From Tubiluchus corallicola (Eukaryota > Animalia > Priapulida): 64,000 bases of DNA. A model generated the notes under the pieces. That model worked only from the letters and a program-made list of their open reading frames with translations. It was not told where the DNA came from and ran no database searches. Below are positions 42,771 to 56,900 of this stretch, one piece after another. The stretch is taken from contig JAQGDQ010000049.1 of assembly GCA_030141605.1 (NCBI GenBank), positions 682,001-746,000 on the forward strand, read 5' to 3'. Numbering within the stretch: the stretch's first letter is position 1; the number at the start of each line of letters is the position of its first letter. The translations under genes were made by a program, and so were the position numbers.

Positions 42771-45700
42771 TGGGTAATTGTAGCTCAACTGGTAACCAAA
42801 AATATAACAAAACACGATAATTTGAATTACCCAAAATAGTCCTATACGAAGGGGAAATGGCCTAGAAGTTGGAAGGCTAGCTTTTAAAAGCCGTATATTA
42901 GCTGCTAGAACAGATAAGTGTTTTTAAGCGTTAGTTATAGGTTGCTTGACTCTTAAAACCTATATTTACACACCAAAATCATCATCTTATTTGATCTAAT
43001 AGTTAAGATATAACCTTTATGTTTTAGCGAGCCATCTTATTGGTCATCTTAGTCGTCTTGACAATGGAGGATTGGAGAATCACCTGGACGGGTTCTAGCA
43101 TTGTGCTAAATTTCATAACTTTTAGACTAAATGAGTAATTTTTCGCGATTCTGCTGGACTATACGTCGGGGACCCGGCGGCCATATTCCTTTTTGTTTAT
43201 TTATTATTATTAGTTATTAGTCTAGGCGTACTTAGATTCAACAAGATCGAATTAATAATAATGACTTGCTTTTTGTTTTATAATAAATCTTTAGGTGAAA
43301 GAGGTAATATAATTGATCGGCATAATTTCTTTTTGTGCGATGGCTATTTTGAAAACCGCGGCCATTTTTGTAATGTAGCAGAAATGTATTGCAAAGGCCA
43401 TGGAATAGATTTCATTGTCGCTTCGTAATATATTCTATGAACTTGTTTTGATTTACGTTGTGGAAACAAAAACTGTGCAGCCATTTTGTTTTTTTCTATA
43501 GAAGCACTTTTTCAGGATTTGGGCCTAGACTAAATCGGCTAACAGCTGACTGGATGACTATGGATTAATTAAATATTGTTGTTAAATCTCTGCTTCTGAT
43601 GTTGCACTGAATCGCAGATAAGTGTTATAGCGAGAGTTACCAATCGCATGTTATTTAGCGAATTGTCGGAAGGCCATTGTTAATAGATGTCGCCACTTCG
43701 TTGGGGTCACTTTCCGGCACGGAGTGGACATTGCTGCAAAACTATGGTAACATTTTTCAAACATGAACTTTTTATATAATGAAGTCGCAGGCCTAAAAAT
43801 GTTATAGTTGCAAGACCATAAATAAGTGGATTTGTGCTCAACGTGGAAATTGCCCGCATCATTTACTATAGTGATTAACTTTAGTAGTTGAATGCACACA
43901 ATACAATAAATTTATAACTAAGTTATTTACCTGTGGTGTTCTCTTTTGAGATTGGCTAAACCTCACCTTCCATAAGAATATAAATTTGAACGGGTTTGAT
44001 TGAACAAATTGTGATACTGTGTGCTTTCGACCACTAAAATCTAATGATACCTATTCAACCCACTTAACAATAGTCAATGATGTGCTCACTTTCCACGTAG
44101 TGTTATTAAGCTTTGAGTTGTAATTTGTTTTGTTCCATCGACAGCAGTTTCTGTTTCATTTGAATGTTCTCTTCAGGTTTTACTCGTTCGCCCATTTTCG
44201 CCGACATTATGATTGATTGTTTCGGCAATTTCGAGAAGCTGTGAGTTTTCTAGCAATCAGCTTGCCTTTGTCTACGTATTCTATGCAAGTGCGTAAATTA
44301 CGAAATAGCTTAACACGTTTTTAATGTGCTCGTTCAGTTAAATCCCATTATTTCACACTAATGAATATGTGGCTAAGCACAAAACCTATACACAGTCTTT
44401 CTCGAAAATTCCGCGCGCATCTATCTTATTTATCGTAACTTATTCATGGGAAGGACGCGAGATTTATGAATCCAAACTTAATTTATAAATACGCTGTTTA
44501 AATCTCAGCCATACCATTTTAATTCTTTAATATGCTCGGTGTGCCATTTACATAACAAAGCCGTCACGACGATGTAGGGCAAAATGTCACCATTGCCTTA
44601 ACTACTAGAAGATTTTGAGTTTCTCGAAAAAGAACAGAGAGTTGACTTACTGTGCGTATACAGTTGTTGCAGGTATTTCAAGAAAAAATTTTGTTGAAAA
44701 GCGGTTGAGTTTGCGCTTTTCCTACCTACCCACAAAATGCTGATTGTTGCATTGCTTTTGATCAGAATATGAGCGACTAACTACTGATAATTGCTATTCT
44801 ACTATTTTAAAATACTTCTAGTACTAGTATTACCTAAAACCTCGGCGATAACATATAATAATATAACATTCGTATTGTTTATTACAACTATTACTATTTA
44901 CAATACCCATGTAGTAAATCTCATGTCAGTTATATTTAAGTAATAAGTGAGTACATTGAAATAATTTATAGTAAGTCCTATTTAAACGACACATGGCATT
45001 ACGGCACTACACTCGAAATGCAGACCTTTTTAAATTATATCAACCTAAAAGCTTTCTTAATATCTAACAGGCACATCTAAGAAGCGCTTGTTCTTTGTGT
45101 CTCCCCCACACCTCTTCTCATTACTATGTGTTGCTTTTTATGCGTGTACATATTTTAATATGTGTTGCGAGTTTTTATATGATGCATATGTGTGTACGTG
45201 TATGTATATATTTTAATGTTTGTTGTTTAGTTTTTATTTCTGGTGCAAAAAATTAATGGAAAGTTAAACTAGTAAAGATAGTACACACAGTTTGATATTG
45301 TACTGCTTATTGGGAACACTTATAAGATGATTGTGAAAGAAACTTCACACTGACAACAGTGGTGTAGCTAATAGGAGAGCAAGGGGAGCAACCGCTCCCT
45401 AGACCACATTTTTCAAAATTGGCGTCTTTTCAAAATCGCCATAACTCATTCATTTTTTTTCCTTTTTACGTTCAAAATTTAAATAACACACATTACGTTT
45501 TGAGATTTGTGAGCTTACTACAAAACTTTTTATTGTGTATGAATTTTAAATACAGAATAACTATTGTACATACTTTCCTTAAAACTGAATCATGTTTTGT
45601 TTGATTTATACACAGAATTAAAATGTACAATCAATGCGTTAAATATTGTTTGATGTGTGTCACAGCGCCTTTTTTATGTGCTTTATGTAACCTGACACCT

Positions 45701-46337
45701 AACTTTAGAACCTGATTACTCCCTATTTTGTCGTTGAAATCTGAGCAACTATTAAATTTATAATATAAGCAATTTTTCTTATTGTGATATAAGTTGTATT
45801 ATTGTGATATAAGTTGATATAAGTTGTATTATTGTAATATTATTATTTGTATCTATCCTTGCCAATAAGAATTACACTAATATTATTGTCGTGTCCTCTC
45901 TTTTTTCTTATTGTAAGGCTTTTTACGAATTGTTTTCTTGTCATTAAGAATTTTCGTTAAGACTGTTAAATGCGTATAAATTTCAACAAAGATGCTGTTA
46001 AACAATATTGTCTAACATGGTTTCAAGATCCCGCGTTTTCCAGAATGAGCGCAAGCTATCGTTAATGACGAATGCCATCCTTGTAATAGTATTTTTGAAA
46101 TTCTTTCTTTTGGCCGTAGATACCGCTCAATTAACGCGAAAAACACAACAATGACTGTTGCAGTTTGTACTATCAGCAGTAAATGTTAGAAAATTTGCAG
46201 TATTTTCTATATCAATGCATGTAGCTTATTAGCACTTATGCGACAACAGATTGAATTTACTACTGTGTTCAGTTTCCTTTGCTGTAATGCGTAAAATCAC
46301 GCAAATTTTATTATGTACTATAATATAATAACTTACT

Positions 46338-46460
46338 TTTACCTTACCTTACCTTACCTTACCTTACCTTACCTTACCTTACCTTACCTTACCTTACCTT
46401 ACCTTACCTTACCTTACCTTACCTTACCTTACCTTACCTTACCTTACCTTACCTTACCCT
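46338..46460. repeat. (CCTTA)n pentanucleotide microsatellite
   Basis: Perfect run of more than 20 units. Confidence 0.97.
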
Positions 46461-48277
46461 AACTTAACTTAAACACTGTTAAATTTTTAAAGAGTTTAGC
46501 ACATTCGTCAAATCCGTGGTTAATGTCATTCCATTTCTACTAACAACGAAGACCATTAAAAAGATTCAAAGAAAAACATAAGAAGAAATAACAAATTTTA
46601 ATAAAAACCATGGTTTATATTAAAATCGTTTAACTAATTAAAATTATAAACAATGAAAACAAAACATAGGCTTAGTTCTCCGGCTGTTTAACAAACTACA
46701 AAATTAAGAAGGTCATTCAATTCAAAACAAGTTTGCAATAACAGGCTTCAATTTGAGAAGTGAGTTTTGTTTTTGTTTTTTTTTATTCAGAGAGCTTCTT
46801 TCGTGAGTAGAATTTAGTCTCAGAAAAGTTTAATTTCACATAAATATTAATAGAAAAGTGATGATAGTTTCTAGAAGATGATACTTAAAAAACAGCAGTA
46901 ATCTTTGGTTGGGATTATTTATTATAAGCATAATGTTAAAATGTGTTTTTAAAGCACAGGGATGTATAAGGTATGCATACTTGAAGTTATGTAAAACCTA
47001 TTACTACTGGTGCATTGTAGTGGTTGGGATCAGTCAAAATTGGCATAAAGAACAAAGTTGTTGGCAAATCATTGACATCAGTGAAATTGTTAACGAGATA
47101 GTTTAAATTTTTTTAATTTTTTAGACAAGTCGATCATTTTCTTCACGAATGACTATTTCTAATATAAATCTAATAAAAATTCGCATAATACGCAAAAAGA
47201 TCAATTAGAGAAAAGATTCCTCTCTTCAACACTGCGTTATGTGATGGTACATAGGAAATCGAAAAGAACAAAATTAATTGTGGTGACAGCAACCTCAGAA
47301 AGTGACCTTTTTAATAAATCTGCACGATACGCAATCACCAGCTTGTCATTTACGTGTGAGGAAACTGAAAGCCGCATGGGTGGAGAAAAAAGAACAAACA
47401 AAGGTGATGTATCAGAAGCTTGTTTAATGTTGTTGGATGGTGAGAGTGTCTAATGACTTCAAAGCTACGGTAAGGTGAAGTTTAACCGTTACTCGTGCTT
47501 GATTACGCATGTGGGTCGCTAGTTCTACTCGACTTAAATAGCCCAAAATATGATGAGCTCAGGCTTTTACTGTGACACCGTCTCAAATAATTACACCTGT
47601 GCCGAATCTGTTAGTAGGTTTTGTGGAGCACTGGGTACGCCTGCTTTAACTGAGACGGACTGACTTGTGCAACCAAGTAAGTTATTACAGCAATTCATTT
47701 ATTTTTTCCTTTTTAAGTAATCTCCTTACATTTACTTATGTAAATGATGATATTTATTGGGTAATTACCATTCACACAATTCATACACTGTTTACAAAAA
47801 TATAAATACATATAAAATAATATGCAGCAGAATTTTACTAAGAAAACTAATAAAGAATGCTGTATTATCATTTTGATAAGCGATTGTCCTAGTGACTTTT
47901 AACATTTTCTGTCGCTTAAAGTTGTCTGAATCAGTCTACAAACAGTGCAATTAGAATGTGAATCAAATTCGAAATTAATTGTTGCAAGTTTCAGTAAAAT
48001 TTCGCAGCTCGTCTACACGTGTTCAACACCAGAATAAACACAGGAAACAATTGTTTCTTTGTTTTACTATATAGCTATCAGTATTTTATGGATATAATCA
48101 CTCAGTTAACTGAAAAGCTATCACAATGATTTTGCACCGACCTTGATTATTAACAGTTTTTCAATGCAATTTTATTTAACAGTATACGTAATCAATGCGT
48201 AAGTTCATGCGAATTTGTGTTTCTTTCTTAACTTGTACAGAACTCATCAAATTTTATTTTTTTTTAGAAAATTGACA

Positions 48278-48304
48278 ATGGAGCTCTTCATTTTGCTGGC
48301 TGTG
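48278..48304 (+). CDS. ZP-domain gene, coding exon 1 (start of signal peptide MELFILLAV)
   Basis: A T-tract + AG acceptor ends at 48267, the ATG is at 48278 (ACAATGG context) and a GTAAGT donor follows at 48305. The phase-0 join to the 53875 exon gives a continuous signal peptide MELFILLAV-VIVASA/QT. Confidence 0.72.
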
Positions 48305-48449
48305 GTAAGTTCAACGTAATATACGTACTAGATACTACAAAACTTCGTTCTTTTAGGCATAATATAAGTTTAGTTTCTTAATGATGTTACAAACCCACAA
48401 TTAATTCAATTTTGATAAAATCTTGAAAGGCAGAACATGTGAAAAATTT

Positions 48450-48530
48450 GGAACGCAGTTTGGATTTGAACCAGGGACTTTCTGCTTACGCTGCAGTCGC
48501 ATTGAGACTACTAGACCCCCACTGGCAGTT
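48450..48530 (-). mobile_element. tRNA-derived SINE head (related copy at about 18815-18885)
   Basis: The minus strand has GGTCTAGTAGTC..GCGTAAGCAGAAAGTCCCTGGTTCAAATCC (A and B boxes). Confidence 0.5.
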
Positions 48531-51500
48531 CAAGGTTCATCCCCTATAGCTAGCTAAGCAAATTCAGCATTTCCAATATTAAATCGCTCACATTAGAGTG
48601 ATTTTAACAAAGATTATTATTTTTTGTTTTATCGCTTTTTCACTTGTCCTTTCAAATTTGTTATCAAAATTTTATTAACTGTTTATAAATTTGACAAGTA
48701 CGCGTCATAACTACATGCGTGCAGAGTTCAAGTTTGATAGCTAAGTGTATTTAATTGTGGATTTGTTCCACTATCAATGCCAAAGGTGTTGTTTGTTTAT
48801 CAAACAAAATAAATTCTGCGAGTCGAATTTATCTAAAGTTTGTTTTTTCTCATCGTATTTCTTAGGAAACGGGCTTTCGTGACGTCCCGTCCAAATGGGG
48901 ACCCTGTTTGGGCTGACATGAAGACTTCAACTTAAATTAATGAGACTGTTGTGGAAACTAAGCCAGCTGAATTACTGGTACAACGCTAAGTGTCATTAAA
49001 AAGTCATCAAGTAATTGTCATCATCTTCCTTGATCACTTGCAATCCACAAAGCTTGACCCCATTGTAGAACAGTTCTATTACAACCAAATGGGACTTGTT
49101 AAAGTATGGCGGAAAATGTCAATCAGTCACATTGTTGCAAGGAAGTTAAGAGCACTTTAAGAGCGTCGTAGATCAAACGAAGCTATTTCAGTAAATTGAG
49201 ATAAGCAATCGTTTTCGACTAAGTACAGGTTTCTCAACAAGTCAGCTCTAAAGTTTGTCGAAAAATACATAAGAATTTAAAGTAGTTTGCTATTAAAAAT
49301 GTGACAATTGTGATGGATATAACCAAAGTTTACATAAGTCTCGACAATTTCATAGGAAATAGTCCTTCGCACTACACTAGAAACATTTCTTACATAGTTG
49401 CTAGTATAGATCGCTTACTAAATTCTTTAAACCAAAATAATTATAAAAAATTAGGTTATTTTTACGTTTGTTAATCTCTATGTATCTCGGAAATAAAAGT
49501 GTATAATTCTTAAAACTTTTAGTAGATCTACATTACGTATTATTACTAAAAATTGTAAAAGTAAAAAAATCGAGTGTTAAGCATCGTTATTATTTATCTT
49601 CATCACGTATCCATAAAGTCTAACTAAGTGTGTCGCCTGTGATCGAGTTTCTAAGTATAAAGAACGGAGAAATGATTTTTTTAAATAGGTTAATAGATAA
49701 TAGAACTAAACTGTTCTGTATAAAAGTTTAATTATCTTTGTTAATATGCGGTTCAAATACAAATGCATTATATTCCTTTAGTTAACGAAAAAAACAAAAA
49801 TTTAAATCGAGAATTTAGCTACTCAGCTTAAAATTAACTAGGCAGATAATCAGATAACCAGGCAGATGTACAAAAGAACACACCTGTAAGCTGATAACAC
49901 CGTTTATACTTATTAACTGACTCATAAATCATTATATCCAGCTAATTCATGCTAAAAAAATAAACAATGGCACTTATCTTTAACCCAGATCAGTGTAGCG
50001 CCCTCAAAGCGGATCGAGCACAGAGCAAGTCAAGAGTTAAACCAAAACCAAGGGGCTTTCTATGAGCACCCTTTCATGAAACCGCCTTAGCTGAATGTCT
50101 GCTCCACTTAAGACACAATAACTAGCTGTTCACCTGTCTCAAGTTTGCCACAAGCAGCATAATAGCTATTCGTGTTGTAAACTGTTATTATTTTGTTGAC
50201 CTCGTTTGTAAAGCAAAAAAAACCTACTTGTTACCCACACTTTGCCCTCTCAACTTCACGCAATAGAAACCTATATGCAAATGATGAACATGATTATGTA
50301 GATCCACCCCAAGCATCTAACTTGGTAGATATAGGTTTACAAACAAGCTTTACGTTAACCAGGTACAGGTATGGACCAAACGAACCAATCAAGGTTAGAA
50401 GCTGCTAGTAGCTGCCTGGCAAAACCAGTGTTTCATTCTTGGATTAAAAATGGCGTATATCATATGCCAAGACTAAGACTAAAAAAAGTCAATTTATCTC
50501 TTTAAAATACGAGAAGTGAAACTAGTATAGAAAGTGGACAGTTGGAGAGACCATTAAGTCACCTCAGTGTTCAACAAAACACAGTTATAACAATGACAAT
50601 TCAGTGGTTGATTGATAGTTCATAGAAAAAGTAGCTAGCACAGTTATAATAGCTGGTACTATATAAAATTTTAGAGCTGGGTCTACTTTGGTCTGTTATT
50701 TTCTTTCGTAATGTATTATGTTGACACATAAACTAAAACCACAAGCTTTCACAAGTATTACGCCAATGCGCTTAAAAACTAAATTTATTGCATCTACTGC
50801 ATTAAATGTTAATAAGTATGCGAAACGTACGAGAACGCAATTCACACCCTCTTTTTTATTTAATAGAGTTTTATTTCATCGCAGTTTAGCGAAATACAAA
50901 ATTTTTGAGCAGCTCAGAATTAATATAATCTCCTAAGTCTTTTACTTTTTTATTCTTATTTTTGAATTGAAAACTGTTTCACTAAGAATGTCCTCCGGGT
51001 TATCAAGATTCCAAGTTGACCGCACCTGAACAAGTTTTCATGTTTAAAGATTTTTCCTGTATCTACTTATGGCGTGTTAGATATGCAAGTATTTCAGGCC
51101 ACTTTTGCATGTGATGTGTTAATAAATCAGGAAAACATAACGCACTGTCAATTACAAAATGATCGATTCTTGTTTTAGCAATATTTTTGTGTGATAGTAT
51201 TTTATTAAATACTTAAAATTCTGAAAATCTGTGCCAATTTCATAACCACGATTATAAAGTGCGATTATAAAACCACGCGTAACTCCTGTCGAATTAGACT
51301 GATAGATCAACAGTTAAAAATTGACTGCATAACAGGTAACCTTAATCTTTACAATAATCACTGAATCTAATGTTAACCTGCTAGTTTTAGATAAATTTTT
51401 CCTAATCAGGTGTAAAATCTATTAAAATAAAACTAAAGCTCACGACAACAAAATGTATTTATCTATTTAAAAGAAACTAATCCCATATTAGGAGATTTTA

Positions 51501-53365
51501 TTCATTTTAACATTTGACTGATTAGTCCTTGAAAAGGTCAAATTTGTTTACACTCTTATGTTTTACGATTTTTTAAAGCACTATGTGATAAAGAACCTAG
51601 AGACAGCTGGACCCCCCCTTTTTAATAACCAGATTAAGTCCCAAACTTCACACTAAAATTGGAACGCCTATGCTGCAATTAACTTGCCCCCCTCCCTTTT
51701 CCATTTATCACACAGTAACGTGCCATAATTAAGACGTAGTCTCCAAAGACTTAGTTTGTTTAAATGTGATTATTATTACAATATTCAATGGTTAAGTGAT
51801 GGACTGGAACAGAGAAAGCATGGCCATATCCTCTACATTAAGAGTGCATGACTGTTACGGTATGCATCATTGCTTCACTAATAGCTTATAATAACATGAG
51901 TCACTTTCGTTACATTGATCTATAAAAAACAACTTGGAGACAGTGATGGCTTTATTTTCACTTCATCTAAAAGAGAAAAAGAATTTAGGTTACCGGCTAC
52001 AGTAAAACTGTTGTTTCTTGTACCATAAATCCTATACAGATTTATCAGTCGATTAAGTGCTTGATCCGAGATTTTAACTGCGTCTAATTTAATGCTCGTA
52101 TTACTTTAATTATAGTTCTCACTGCTCAAAACTTTCATTTTCAATTTAGCTTACACTTTACAGTGGAAGTAAAATGTAGACCCATAATTCAATACATGTC
52201 TGTTCGCGCCGTCTTACCAGCATAAAAATTCTGGTAAAACACATTCAGCGCTATGTACTGTATTTTTATTTTATTAAACACATAGTAATTGTAATATACG
52301 CAATAATTATCAGTACGTATTTTGACCAAGTGTATACAATTAAACAATTTTTGTTAATTAAACTGCTTGTATATAAAATGGAGAGAGAAAAAACTTAAAA
52401 AGGACAAGTAATGACCACAGATAGTTTTTAAGGTGCAAAAAAGGTGCCGTTTTAAGTGTTCAATCGCTAATAGAGGCGTGTTTCTATCGCATTCCTTTGT
52501 GAGGCATGTGTATGAATATTATGTCGTTTTGTCTGATCTGTGTTTTTCGCAAAATAAATTCAGCAACAATCACTATGCAAACCAGATAAAATTCAGGTGA
52601 ATTCAACAGGTACAGAAACTATCTCAGCGGTAGCGACATCGGCATTTTCTTTGATCAACGTCATTAAACTTCACGCGCCAGGATTTTAGGTGAAAGTTTA
52701 TCGTCTGGTCGGTGATTACACAGTAATTAAAAGCAATCAACCCTTTGTTCCGTGACCACGTTCATCCAAAGAGAACGTCAAATGCGCAAAACTCGTAGAT
52801 TGCTTATTGTCACCATAGCAATTAGTTGGTTGTACAGTTAATTACAAAAATGTTGCCACCAATAATTACAACCTGTTTCTCTTTCAGTTAACCTAACTCA
52901 CGTCACTGTAATTACTAACTTTACTCACTGGAAAACCAGCTTCATCTGCCGTGAGTTTAGGCTGGATGAAATCGGAAAATAACGAAAACTGGTTTTCTGT
53001 TTAACAATTTTAGAAAATCTGAGGAGTATTTTTCTATCAAAAGTGTTCGACGATATTTGCATACAGCTCCTTTTTATCAGTGTAACGCTAGCGCCTCTAA
53101 CTGATTTACAATAATTATAATAAACAAGCTAATGCTAATGAAAATAATCGAATGTAATTAGGTAAACATCTGAGTGCCTGTGAAAGCTGTGTACAGCTCT
53201 ATTATCAAGAAGCGCAGTGCTGTGCAATTAGCCGAAGGATATAATGCTAAAAATACATTAACAGCAAAGTAAATTATACGCTTTTTATGTAATTATGCTT
53301 CTCTGATCTCTACAACTAATTTATAGACCATACAAGTTATTTGCATTAGTAGTTAATAGTAAATA

Positions 53366-53577
53366 AGTAAATAAGTGAGTGAGTGAGTGAGTGAGTGAAT
53401 AAGTGGGTGAATGAGTGAATGAGTGAGTGAGTGAGTGAGTGAGTGAGTGAGTGAGTGAGTGAGTGAGTGAGTGAGTGAGTGAGTGAGTGAGTGAGTGAGT
53501 GAGTGAGTGAGTGAGTGAGTGAGTGAGTAGGTGAATGAGTGAGTGAGGGAGGGAGGGAGGGGAGTGAGTGAGTAAGT
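53366..53577. repeat. (GAGT)n microsatellite
   Basis: Seen directly, imperfect at the edges. Confidence 0.96.
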
Positions 53578-53874
53578 GATTACGTTAACAATCACTAATA
53601 AAATAAAATCTTTTTTGTCCTTTAATATATAACTACTTTATAAATTACAATAGTTAAACAGCGGGACAAAAAATACATTTACTTTAAAATTGTAAAAAAA
53701 TGTAAGATCTGACCCAATACCATTTTTCCAAATTGGCATTTACTGAGCGCTTATTGTTCTTTTGTTTTTAAGAACCATTTTATTATTAAGCTCCTCTTTT
53801 TTGCTTTTTTATTAGTTTTATATACGTGTTTTAATGAATTTTTGTTTCTAAACAATTGCTGATTATTTTTGCAG

Positions 53875-53944
53875 GTGATAGTAGCTTCTGCACAAACAAT
53901 AGATCCATGGCTTCCGATGGTTGAACCAGCAAATCCATTAGAAA
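53875..53944 (+). CDS. ZP-domain gene, coding exon 2 (VIVASAQTIDPWLPMVEPANPLE)
   Basis: Acceptor ttatttttgcag, donor GTAAGT at 53945. The exon is 70 nt (phase 0 to phase 1), which matches the phase required by the 59398 exon. It completes the signal peptide (A-S-A cleavage motif). Confidence 0.75.
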
Positions 53945-56900
53945 GTAAGTTCTTCATACTAAGTTATATTAGACTTCAATAAAATCACGTTTTTATTCTT
54001 TGGACCAGACAGGGTAACGGTGGTAACAGAAATGCTTAGTTTCTAAGCATGCAGGCCAGGGCCTAGCAGCCAGTTCTGTATTGTTCCACACACAATCAGT
54101 ACATTGAAATTCAACGCACACTAATAAAATCAGACATGTCTCCACTGAAACCCACAATACTAGAAAAACTATGAGCCCAAGCAGGCTGTTGATTGCTTGA
54201 GGGTGTTCGTTACATTACCTATATGTCTTTATTGAATTATAATTAAATCATGGCTCAATAAAAATTATCGGTGGCTCAGAATCCAGAATTAACCATTGTT
54301 ATGGTCCCCCGTAAAATGATAATTACACAGATGCAGACAGACAAGATATCAGCAATAAACTTGATGTTTATCTATTTTTATTGTCCCGATCTAGTGCTTA
54401 TATTATTACTGACTTTAGCCAACGTTCTTGCACTTTCAACCCATTTTAGAAGTACGATCTCCGCGAAATTTTACGAAACAGAACAATAATAATTCTGATG
54501 CGTAATAAGATGTAGCCAGGCTTAGATCTTGTAAATTAATGTAATTATGCCAGTAATGAACAGTAATGTAACGTGTCCACACTGCGCTGCAAATTGTACT
54601 CGGTAGCTTGCTACGGTAATTACGGTAACTATTTGTCTTGCGACGGAAACTATAACACTAAGAGCCAATTAAAACGAAAATAGCATGCGATATAGGTTGT
54701 TTTGCAATTAAGCCAAAATAGAAGCAGCAGCATTAGGTTTTGTTTATGAGTTTAAACTCTTAATTTTTTACTGATACAGCTTTGTACTGGAACTACAGAA
54801 ATCTAAAGGATGTATGGGTGTGGAAAACCATTACTTTTAGTCAGACAGACAAACAAACAGACAAAGCATCTGACAGCATTAGCTTTGACAGACAGGCATA
54901 ATGGTATAATGCATCAGGTATACGGACAGCAACTTAATTTGGCTTAAAACCAAATTCTCGCGGTTTAATAATGACGACGGCACTGATAGGAATTTGTGTC
55001 AATTGCTTTTGAGTTGCCCGCATTTTGTGTTCCGTCATTTGTCAAATGCGCTAGACGACTGACAGTCTGACAAAATGCTGCAACAAAACGTTGCAAAACA
55101 CTGCAATAAAGCATGCAACGTTGCAAAACACTACAACTACTACTTGCTCTAAAGTTTCTGCAATATTTCTTTTAAGAATATGGAGCTTATATATGAATGT
55201 ATAAAGTCACTGCGATAAATTTTGCGCGAAAGCTCTTACTGAAATTCTGAAACAAAATTTATATACGTACATTAGAAATTAAATTATTAACATCAATTGC
55301 TTCAATGCGTAATGTAACTTTGCCTCAAGAGTGCACACCTTAAAACAATGTGGGCCAACAATGTGCTAATATGTTAAGAAAATAATTATAAGCGTAATTG
55401 ATGAATTTCACAAGTTAGTGAACATTGGCCAAATTCAAGATCTGTCATTTTCAGATGTCATCATTGAATAGCAGTTTTAATTTTTTTATTGTTACTCCCT
55501 GCATAATGTGAATTATAAAGCCTGCAGATTACGCTCGAGATCACGCCGATCCTTGGACCTTTACCTTTACTCTTTACTTCTCAAAAATGAAGGACCGTAT
55601 TAGGCTCTCGAAGTGTATGCAGTAAATATTGGGTTAGGTATTTTGATTATCAAAATTTTGCCCGTAAGTATTTGGTTATTTCCATTTTCCCCACTCAACT
55701 TTTACACATTATTTTAATGTCTACTGGAGTCCAAAGTGTTTTATTTTATATGTATAGTTATAAAGTCTTTTTACCACTAAAGCACTATTTTATATCAGTA
55801 GATTACTAGATTAGCTTTGTGATACAACTCGGCCTAATAGCTCTTATGAGCTAGTGTTTTCATGCTTACGTAACACCGTAAAGTTTGATTTGACTTGAAC
55901 TAAAATACCAATCTTCATTACCGGCATACTGGATCAAAACATAGCTTTATGTATCATATTTTTCTAATAAACTAATTTCTCAAAATTTTTGGCGAATAAC
56001 TAGCAACTTATTTATTTATTAGGTTAGATTCTATCAGATCGTGCGTTTAATGTGTCTGATCGTTTGATAGCGATCTTTTCTGTTACAAAGCCGGCATTGG
56101 AAAATAAAATTTTTAACGACTCATAAAATTTGCGATTAATATTAATATTAAAGTAGATCAACTTGACGACAATGTGCGTGCCTTTATTGCCTTGACGACC
56201 GTGCAAAGTCATAGTGCTTAGCCCCTAAAGTGGCATTCGTAGAAATTATATTTGCCGTTTTCATTGTGCAATAATATGTCGTAGCTATGATTATATTTTT
56301 ACAATTAACATCACATTAGAGCCGTAAAATCCTACAAAAAAAACATGTTTTAATGCATACATTGAAAGTGATGGAATGGAAATGCAAAAATAAACTAGCG
56401 AAATACTTGTCGTTAAATTAACAATTGCGATACATGATTTATGATAAAGTTAATGATCAATAATTCATATTATTGTATATGTGTATATTGTTATTACTTG
56501 TATATGTATGTTACGCAGTGAAAAGTGGGCTATTACAATTGAAGGTCGTCAATTGCAAGTCTATAATCTAAATGCATCATCTTGGAGTTCAAACAATTGT
56601 GATGTGCGCTATTAAATTCTGATTAAAATAAATCTAATCTTGCTGAAACGGCCTGACATATTTAAGTGTACGGTTCGGATATTCTGATGGTCACTTAGAA
56701 AATCTTCATTGTAAAGCTCTGTTAAGTTTCGTAGTCGGATCTCACTATCATTTGTTACTTATCACTATTTAGTGAAGTAGCGTACTTCTCGACGACTTTT
56801 ACTATTGTAACTAAGACGTTGTAAATAGTTACACCAAATAGTAGCATGTACAACTGATAACTAATAAATCCTCTTTTCAGTCAGTTGGTCAGTGGTGTGC

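Noticed and set aside
42950-43161. Academ-like end GCTGGACTA
   Set aside because: Only a short single terminus, with no partner end identified.
45357-45410. hAT-like terminus CAGTGGTGTAGCT (similar at about 28785)
   Set aside because: I could not find the matching opposite TIR or an 8-bp TSD.
46338-46460. Interstitial telomeric repeat
   Set aside because: The unit is CCTTA/TAAGG, not CCTAA/TTAGG or CCCTAA/TTAGGG.
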